Assembly: GCF_963921235.1 (NCBI RefSeq)
Contig: NC_086097.1
Location: 146,384,001-146,448,000 of the forward strand
DNA length: 64,000 bases
Origin: Mobula hypostoma
Taxonomy: Eukaryota
Direction of reading: 5' to 3'
The notes under the pieces were generated by a model. It did not search any database. It saw nothing but the letters and a program-made list of their open reading frames with translations, and was not told the DNA's origin. A program made the translations under genes and the position numbers. Position 1 is the first letter of the stretch. Each line of letters starts with the position of its first letter. Below, in pieces: positions 55,953 through 64,000 of this stretch.

Positions 55953-57998
55953 CTGGTGTTTGTTTGGCAATGACTAGATGGATAAGTACTGAAGCAGGCA
56001 AATGCAATGTCAGCCAATTGAACCACTATTTAGAGATTAAAAAGTGAAATGTGGTCAATTATGTCAAAGATTGCAGTCAGGTCAAAGGATAATCAGCAAT
56101 AAGTCTCAGTCAAAAAGCAAAAAAACAGTCTCTTCAGAGAATATGAGAATGATGGCCATTTCATCTGCAGACCTCATCGCCATTGAAGATCAACAATACA
56201 CCTTAAGGGCTAAAATAGATAAAAGGAGTCTCTGTACAACACATCAGCTGAAGATATCATTGCATTGAATCAGGTAACAATCACTACACTCAAAAACAAT
56301 TTATTATGTGAACAGCTTTGATGTTTAAAAGACCTGTTAAAGTACTTCAAATGCAAGTTGGTCTTGCTTTAAATTATAGCCATACATTAGTTTATGTTGT
56401 TACTGAGAAAATTAATGCTAAAGTATCAAGTGAATTGGCTTGCAATTACTCATTTTGGTGCCCATTATTCTGTATTTATAAAAAGCAGTGGTGAATTTTA
56501 ATTAACAGTTCTATAGTTTGATATGTTACATTGTACAGTCATTTGCTAGCAATAAGTAGTCTTCACATGTATACAGCTAAAAAAAATCAGCACACAACCT
56601 AAATACCAATTACAAAATGTATATTCATCATTCAAATATCTAAAGTAAAGCTAATCTATTACCTAAAAGCTAAATAACATAGGTAAAAGATTATTAGTGA
56701 TAGAATTGCAATTTGCAGCAGGATTGTCCTCCACAGGAAAATGTTAGAACCAGTAGAGTATGAAGCACTATGACCATTTGTGTAAGTTACTGTATAAACA
56801 GTAATTCTAGACCTCCATACAGTCTTGCTCTCCTTGGTAGTACTAGTCACCTTGGTTATTTCAATTTATAAAAATATAGCTGAGCAAGTTCATAAACTGG
56901 CATATCATAACTGAGCAATATAATCAAAGATTTGAATGTCAGAAACAAAAATGTTATTTCTTGTCATGCTCCCCTGGCATGACTTCAATATAGATAAGAA
57001 TTCAGCCCAGTCAAAAATCATTGGGAACAATGAAATTAAGCTTATTTCCCCAATGACCAGAGACAAGATCAACACAGTGTGCCAAGTATGACCCCAATTA
57101 GTTAAGGCCACCACATCCCTCATTCTTTTCAAGTTAACACTGAGGAATGACGGCCAAGTTATTTAAGAATGAACACCCCACCTCCTTAACAGTACTGTTG
57201 TAAAGTATTTTTCATTAACAAATACAGTTTGAATCGAAGGAAGTGACTGCTTCAATTAACTCGTAGTTCAGATTTTTATAAACGCCGCAATCTTTGCAAT
57301 CACTAGGAAATAATCTTGTTAAAATTACAATGCAACCAATTAAGTTTAAGAATGCTGCACGCATGTCATCTTAATTCCTACAGGATATAACAGAATATGT
57401 ACATCATCGTTTCACAAAATGGCCTGATCATTGACTTGCAGACATTTGCTGCTTCAAGAGTTAATCAGCTGATTTAAAAACGTGGCATATCAACCGCCTC
57501 GTTAAAGGCGATTTATATATTTTAATGCGATGAACTACATTATACCATTATTGTGCTTGACACTTAACACTTATTCCAGTGTGTATGAACCGTACACTTA
57601 ATATGAAAGTAAAATATCGGTTTTATTAAACCATTCTCAAACCCATCACGTTACAATAGTCCCCTTCCATTTAACAAGCGAATAAATTATTAAACAACAA
57701 AAAAAGGCCAGTCACAGTAGGCCTTTACCTTTCTTCACAGCCATTCTTTTCATTCTTTGGAGATTTATTTCCCCATAGAAATTAAAATGTTTCAAACAAC
57801 ACGTAAAATGTATAAATAAAAATGCAAAAACACGTTACAACTTCAAACCCCTCTTCCAATAATTTATTACATTACTTCTGCAGGGTGCCCGCAGGCCTGC
57901 TCCGGGTGTCTGCAACTACATCCCATTCAGACAGCCCAACCGGTCAGTCATTTTTTAATGAACAGACATAAAGGAAAATCGCTTATTAAACAACTTAC

Positions 57999-58068
57999 CA
58001 ATGACCTCCTTGAGCTCATAATCCTCCCTCTGGATTGACCAGGGCAGGGAGCTAGGGTCATCGGACAT
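57999..58068 (-). CDS. OXSR1: OXSR1 (oxidative stress responsive kinase 1) coding exon 1
   Basis: Minus strand: ATG at 58068-58066 (context ACAATG) encodes MSDDPSSLPWSIQREDYELKEVI-G. This closely matches the vertebrate OSR1 N-terminus (MSEDSSALPWSINRDDYELQEVIG) and lacks the PAPA box of STK39/SPAK. 70 coding nt, then a phase-1 GTAAGT donor at 57998-57993. Confidence 0.95.
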
Positions 58069-58560
58069 TGTCGCAGTGAATGGAGCTACACCGTCTGGGT
58101 TTCCCACCACACTGTGTACTATGTCTATTATAATACGTGGCCCAGCCTTTATTTCTCTTCGTCTCCGTGCTGAAGGAAGGGCCACGGGCCTAGCGCTGAT
58201 AGATCACCCCCACTTCGCTCTTTCGCTCAGAGATACAAGTACTCCCAATCCCCAAACTTTACCAGCAGCCGAGTTACCATGCCTCCCGGCCACAAGCATA
58301 GGTTCCGCCTCCTTTTTCCGGCTTTCATTCGACGCCCTGGGCTCCCGCCCCTCTCCCTTTCCCGGCCTCCATTGGATAAAACGATGCCCATCAATGTCGT
58401 GACTGCGGAGCTGAGAGCGTGCGTGGCGTCAGGGAGCGTCGGCAGTTTTCGCTTAGCCTTCGTCTGGTCACGTGGAGGCACTAGTGAGCGTGAATGCGAC
58501 GGAATCGTGAGTCCAACCTTTCTCGCCCACTTTGTCGTGGATTTGTCCACCTAGACGCAA
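58069..58560 (-). promoter_or_regulatory. OXSR1 5' UTR / CpG-rich promoter
   Basis: CpG-rich relative to the depleted background. GC box (CCCGCCC, about 58344-58350), CCAAT on the minus strand (58371-58375), E-box GTCACGTGG (58467-58475). Lies directly upstream of the ATG. Confidence 0.75.
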
Positions 58561-59104
58561 TAACCATTTGTAAAGAAACAACTCCCAGAGATATCTTGGC
58601 TACTCCCCCTACCATCCCACTTCCTATGAGGGCTCCAATCCATTCCTCCAGTTTCTTTGGCTGCATCATTTCTATTCAAATGACACTTTCTACAGCAGTG
58701 TTCCTGCGATGCCTTCCTTCCTTAATTGTGGTTTCCCCCACCATAGATAACAGAGAGAGCTTTCAGCTGTGTCTGTTCAATTTCCTGTACTTCTGCTCCC
58801 AATTACTGTCCTACTCAGAGCCTTTCTTTATCTTGTCCCTCCATCCCATGAGCCAGTGGTTGAGGGTTATGGGACGAAGTTGGGAGAATGGGGTTGGCAA
58901 AAAAAAGCAATGTTTGAATGGCAAAGCAAACTCAATGGGTTGAATAGCCTAATACTTATCCTGTATCTGTTTTCCAAGTCGTCCTCTGTTATTTATCATC
59001 TTCAATTAGATGTCATCCATCTGATGTATTTTCCCTCTTCCCAGATGAGTTCAACACCTTTTATACACACTTTGAAAGGGGAAGTAAAACTACACCTGTG
59101 TAAA

Positions 59105-59261
59105 CAACACATACAAAATGCAGGCAGCATCTATGGAAAAGAGTAAACCATCTCAGCCTGAAACATCAATTGTTAACTCTTTTCCTTGGCCTGCTGAGTT
59201 CCTCCAGCATCTTGTGTGTGTTGCTTGGATATCCGGCATCTGCAGATTTTCTCATCTTTGG
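59105..59261. mobile_element. Penelope terminal-repeat insert with inverted arms, nested in a LINE
   Basis: 13-bp direct repeat ACACCTGTGTAAA at 59092-59104 and 59262-59274. The two arms are reverse-complementary (caacacatacaaaatgc / gcatcttgtgtgtgttg). Confidence 0.8.
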
Positions 59262-59699
59262 ACACCTGTGTAAATCTTTGCAACATCTGGTGACCCTGTG
59301 AGCTCTTGTCTCAGAGGCTGATGTCAGAACATCTTTCAAGAGGATGAACCCTCGCAAGGTGTCAGGTAATGATGGTGTACCTGTTAGGGCTCTGAAAACT
59401 TGTGCCAATCAACTAGGAGTGTTCAAGGACATCTTTAATTTTTCATTGCTGCAGTCTGAGGTCCCCGCCTACTTCAAAAGGGCAACAATCATATCAGTGC
59501 CCGAGGAGAGCAAGGTGACCTGCCTCAATGACTATTGTCCAGTGGCGATGAAGTGCTTTGAGAGATTGGCGGTGGCCAGAATCAACGCCTGCCTAAGTGA
59601 GGACCTGGACCTTCTGCAATTTGCCTATCGCCACAATATGTCTACATTAGATGCAATCTCACTGGCTCTCCACATGGATCACATGGACAATTGTAATAC

Positions 59700-59838
59700 G
59701 CAGACACAAGAAATTCTGCAGATGCTGGAAATCTAAAGCAACCCATACAAAATGCTGGTGGAACTCAGCAGGTCAGGCAGCATTCATGGAAATGAACAAA
59801 CCGTCGACATTTCAGTCTGAGATCTTTCTTCAGGACCT
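59700..59838 (-). mobile_element. Penelope terminal-repeat insert nested in a LINE
   Basis: Same ctgcagatgctgga...caggcagcat...gtcgacatttc...cttcaggac layout as 20552-20689. Confidence 0.75.
59803..59836 (-). ncRNA. Diverged hammerhead motif
   Basis: Minus strand GTC-CTGAAGA-AAGATCTCAGACT-GAAAT-GTC-GAC; weak stem II. Confidence 0.5.
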
Positions 59839-61329
59839 ATGACAGACTACTGTTTATTGAGGACTGATCGGTGTTCAACACAATCATTTCCTCAGTTCTA
59901 ATCAGCAAACTCCAAAACCTGGGCCTCTGTACCTCCCTCTACTATTCTTGTTGGCATTGATAGTTTTTATTATTATGTATTTCAGTGTACTGCTGCCACG
60001 AAACAATAACTTTCCTGATGTATGCCAGTGATATTAAACCTAAATCTGATTCTGAAATATGAAGTAAAATAATGAATTGGAGTTGGTGTATTATTCTCCG
60101 TGTTCTGAGGTACAGTGAAAGCGTTGTTTGCTTGACATCAAGTACAAATCATTTCCTCACAGCAGTCCATCAAGGTAGTACAAGGGGAAGCAACTACAGC
60201 TTATAATTTAGATTTTAAAAAAGTAGCCTGATTATAATAGTAGTAATGAATACAGAACTAAGTAATGAACATGGATCTGCAAAGACCAGCTTGCAGCAAG
60301 CCACCACGGTCTGGCGCCACCTGTCTGCTATCTCCCGATATTTACCCTTGGCATGGTCCTTATTCAATAAAGGTATTAAACTTCCCCTTTTTTGATAGAT
60401 TAGGTCTTAAGGTATTTATTATTCCTTAATAATTTAAGTTCATAGTGCATCTTTATCTTTGTAATTTTCTTTTTACTCTTCTTTCTTGATCCCTCAATAT
60501 TCTTTCATGTCCTGTGGTCTTCTGTTACCTGTGATTCTTTTCTTACTGTCACTTGTTTACTTATGTCCATTTATAGAGGAGAAATATATAAACAACTCAT
60601 TTTCAAATAATTCTCAAGAAAGGATATATTTTAAATAGGCTCTGTCCTTATTTTCTGCAATTATTATTTAAAGCTTAAAAATAGTTTGACACTTCAGGTA
60701 GTGCAGCATTGAGGGAGTGTTGTAATGCTGGATCTATGGTGCATAACATAGATGCGTGGGTCACATCTCACTCAACACCCACCTTTCCACCTCTGATGTG
60801 GCCTGAAATGCCCAATGATTGCCACCTGTTTCTCCCAAAGCCCCTATTTTGTAGGTTAATTTGTTTACAGCCATGGAATGGAATGACAAAATCATACTTA
60901 GCAAAGTTTTAGAAAGCCTCCAAAAAAAAATGTACAATCCTCACAGGACAGTTTTGTTTTAGAAAATTGCACAACTTGAAACAGCAAATTAGAACTAAAT
61001 TTATATGGATGTTGTTCAAAAATGAAGTATGCAGCCTGTGTTACCCTTAAGGCATTTATTTGACTTTGTTGGGTCTACGCTTTAAATGATTTGTAACTAT
61101 TATCTAATTAACGTTGAAGGTTGATAATTAAGTTACAGTTTAACAAAGGTAAATTCATTGTCTATGGTATATCACGGCATGTAATGACATCACCTCCGGT
61201 TCAGAGAAAGTGTAAAGGTGGGTGCCATGCGTGCAGCATGATCGTGAAGAGCTCCGTGTCTACCCATAAGGAAACATTATAGAAGCAACGTCGTAAGTTC
61301 CTATGAAAGTATTTGAAGGAAAAATATTA

Positions 61330-61620
61330 ACGTGGTTTCTGTTAAGGGAGTGGCGGTTCGGGTGGCGCACGTGTTGGCTTTTCAATTTCAAACGCAGGGT
61401 GGGCTCGGGCCCGGCGGCGGTTTGACGTGACCTCCTCGCCCGCAAATCGGGGCAGCTGGAGACACTCACTAAAAGGAGAGAGTGTGCGTGGTCGCCAGAA
61501 TGAAACAGACGCTGTATATGTTTGTATTTTTTTATCAACAATTTTCACCATACGATGTTAATGTGGAAGAGTGAACAGTAAATTGTTAACCTTACTACAA
61601 CTTTGTCTTCATTGGCTCCG
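61330..61620. promoter_or_regulatory. Second CpG-rich promoter-like element
   Basis: Dense CpG patch with CACGTG (61368-61373), TGACGT (61423-61428) and ATTGG (61611-61615). I did not recognise it as a repeat. Confidence 0.5.
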
Positions 61621-62409
61621 GTTTAACTTGGTGTTTAGTCAAAGTTTCAACACACTGCACGAGAACACTACACAGCCATTAATTTTCCTGAATTTATTAT
61701 TTTATCATTATCAAGGTATTTTTATTGTTTTGTTTTATGTTGTTAAAAGAGAAAAGTACATAAAATTATACAGCAAAATTTTAAACGTTTCGACACCTAT
61801 AATTTTAGAAATCTGTCCCTTATAAAGTGGTAGGCTTTCAACAGCTTTTTGTCATGACCTAGAGCTAACTTACAGTACTTTGCCACAAAACTGGTACTTA
61901 GAATGAGAATATATGGTCCCTTCATGGAAAAAGACGTATAAAGCTTGCTAGTATTACTAGACCTGTAAGAGTTCACTGAGAATAAGAAACAGAAGAAAAT
62001 TAGCATTAATGAAAATAAAACTAGATAAGTATGAGACTAAACCTCCCCCTCCACAAAAAAAAACCCAATTATCTACACTGTAGATACATGGATTATCATC
62101 TTACAAATATCTACAGATTCTGGAATGCTGGATAACAAATGTGAGCTGACTGTCCTTCTAGCACAGCTGGTTCATATTTCTGTAAGTGGAATGAGCCATT
62201 CATTCCTTCATTCCACTTTACATTAAATTCTTTCCCCTTAATGACCAGCTGACCCTTTGGCTATTGTACTTCTCATTATATTCTTTCTCCCACTCACAGT
62301 TGTTAATGGTCATTCCACAGAACATTTTCTTCTCTGGTTCGACATCCACAAACACATTATGAATTTTAAATAGAAATAATTCAGAAAATGTGTAGCTCAG
62401 ATGGTTGAT

Positions 62410-63730
62410 GGCTGGGTTGAGTTGTTCTCCGATCTTGGCAATCCATTTGTAAATGTTTCATCACCATACCAGAAAACATCATCAGTTTAGGACACAACCT
62501 TATCAATCACCCCTTCTGTGGGCACTTTCTGGAGGTCCAAGATCTGTATGCTCCACGAGCACTGGACTAAGTGTGTAAATGTAGGAGGGGACTAAGTTGA
62601 AAAATAAATGTGCTAGGTTTTCTAGAATTGACTCCTTCTACCTTAGGCCATAAACTTATCAATCACCCCTCATATCGATGAATGCTTTGCTTTTATATAT
62701 TTATCAATCAGTTGATTGGTCATCATTATGGAAACTCAATTATGATGTAGAGAGGGGGTCTTGTCACTGATTGGTTGTGTGGTAAACCCTGTGTGTGGTC
62801 TGGAATTTTGCCCGCATTGGCTTATTAATGGGATTGCAGTCTACGTGTCTGTTTATAGAATTGTTTATGGAAAACCACACTCCTAGGAACTCTCTTGCAT
62901 GCCGTGTGTTTGTCTGCACCATGCCTTTCACTGACGCCCAGTAGAATTTGTGCCACTCTCGATCTTTGGAGCTAAAGGATGAAGAGGAGAAACATCTCTT
63001 CGGAGTATTCACATGAAACCAATACCCACATAGCTTCATACGTAGATGCCTACGATGTAGACAATGTACCAACCAAGAAGCGACCAAATGGGTTGTCCCA
63101 TAGATTCGAAATATCTCAGAAAAGACAGCCTGACTGCTCCAAGAACATAAAGTTTTGGTCGCACATGAACCACCTGCAGCATTGAGGAGAGTACTCTGCA
63201 GACCTAAAGAACAAACCAAGCAATTGGACAAGACCAATGTGGTCTACAAAATCCAGTGCAGGGACTGCAGTAAATATTACATCGGCCAAACTGGGAGAAA
63301 ACTATCCACAAGGAACATCAACTGGCTATAAAGCGCCATGATCAACTCTCCTTAGTCTCTACCCATGAAGATTGAAAGGGGCACAAATTCGATTGAGCAT
63401 CATTGAGAGTCCTGGTGCAAGCAAGCACGCGGCATGCAAGAGAGTTCCTAGAAGCATGGTTTTCCACAAACAATTCTATAAACTGACATGTAGACCACAA
63501 TCCCATTTATAAGTCAATGCAGATAAAATTCCAGACAATGCACAGAGTTCACCACGCAGCTAATCAGCGATGAGAACCCCTCCCTACATCACAACTAATT
63601 GATAAGTATACAAAAGCCAAGCATTTGGAGGGCATACCACAAGTGAACAGTGCTCTGATGATGTCTCGTCATATAATGATGAAACGTTTGTAAATGGATT
63701 GCCAATATCAGAGAACAACTCAACTCAACC
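62410..63730. mobile_element. Second Penelope family: 5'-truncated copy with inverted terminal arm
   Basis: NVVYKIQCRDCSKYYIGQTGRKL (GIY-YIG) at 63236-63304 on +. 62410-62970 is a reverse complement of about 63380-63730. Degenerate CTGATGA...GAAAC motifs at both ends. Confidence 0.85.
62490..62672. mobile_element. Mariner-type MITE nested in a Penelope arm
   Basis: CTTATCAATCACCCC occurs twice; reverse-complement similarity to 11766-11910. Confidence 0.65.
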
Positions 63731-64000
63731 GGAATTTTAAATATTTTATTTTGGGACATTTTCCCATTAACAGTGTCAAGTAATGCAAAGTGCTATTGTG
63801 GTTAGATACCGGTTGATAAGAGGTAAAACAATGTTTACAGTGCCATCTTCTGTTTACACGGTTTAGTGCAAGTACAGGTTTGCAAATGGGATTTGGCAAG
63901 TTAAGAGCAAGTGTACTGAGTACAAGAGAATAAATATGAAGAAATGATAGGTCATTGTGGGGCAGATTATAAGACATGAAAATTTTTGACCAAAAAAATA

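Larger units (their letters stand above)
59030..60055 (+). mobile_element. Rex/Babar-type LINE RT fragment, interrupted twice
   Basis: ORF 59344-59736 (CLNDYCPVAMKCFERL, LQFAYR). Confidence 0.8.

Noticed and set aside
57999..58068. Assignment to STK39/SPAK
   Set aside because: The short N-terminus without a Pro/Ala-rich box, beginning MSDD, fits OXSR1 better.
57955..58185. 76-aa ORF as a complete protein
   Set aside because: It starts at GTG and runs past the GTAAGT donor; only 57999-58068 matches OXSR1.
60685..60735. Deu-domain SINE remnant
   Set aside because: Only a short resemblance (AGTGCAGCATTGAGGGAGTG); too little to call without alignment.

Overview
Eukaryotic, repeat-rich vertebrate DNA. 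It is most likely from a shark or ray, inferred from HE1/V-SINE-type SINEs, CR1/HER1-type LINE tails and the Penelope families present. The only host gene I can support is the 5' part of the Ste20-family kinase OXSR1 (OSR1) on the minus strand: coding exon 1 at 57999-58068, a 46.7-kb intron 1, exon 2 at 11155-11267, and later exons apparently beyond position 1. There is a CpG-rich promoter at about 58070-58560 and a second, unexplained CpG-rich promoter-like patch at about 61330-61620. Most of the rest is transposon debris, often nested: CR1, Rex/Babar/L2, a young L1 fragment with target-site duplication (TSD), Penelope-like elements, Tc1 and Sleeping-Beauty-like elements, Chapaev3, hAT, Tigger/mariner MITEs and a solo LTR. 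The most interesting signal is a family of short Penelope-derived inserts carrying a minimal type I hammerhead ribozyme (AGTC-CTGACGA-stem II-GAAAC-GTC-GACT). Two young copies have intact cores and 11-bp TSDs and lie in sense orientation within OXSR1 intron 1. Repeat boundaries are approximate unless a TSD or TIR is quoted. No database searches were run.
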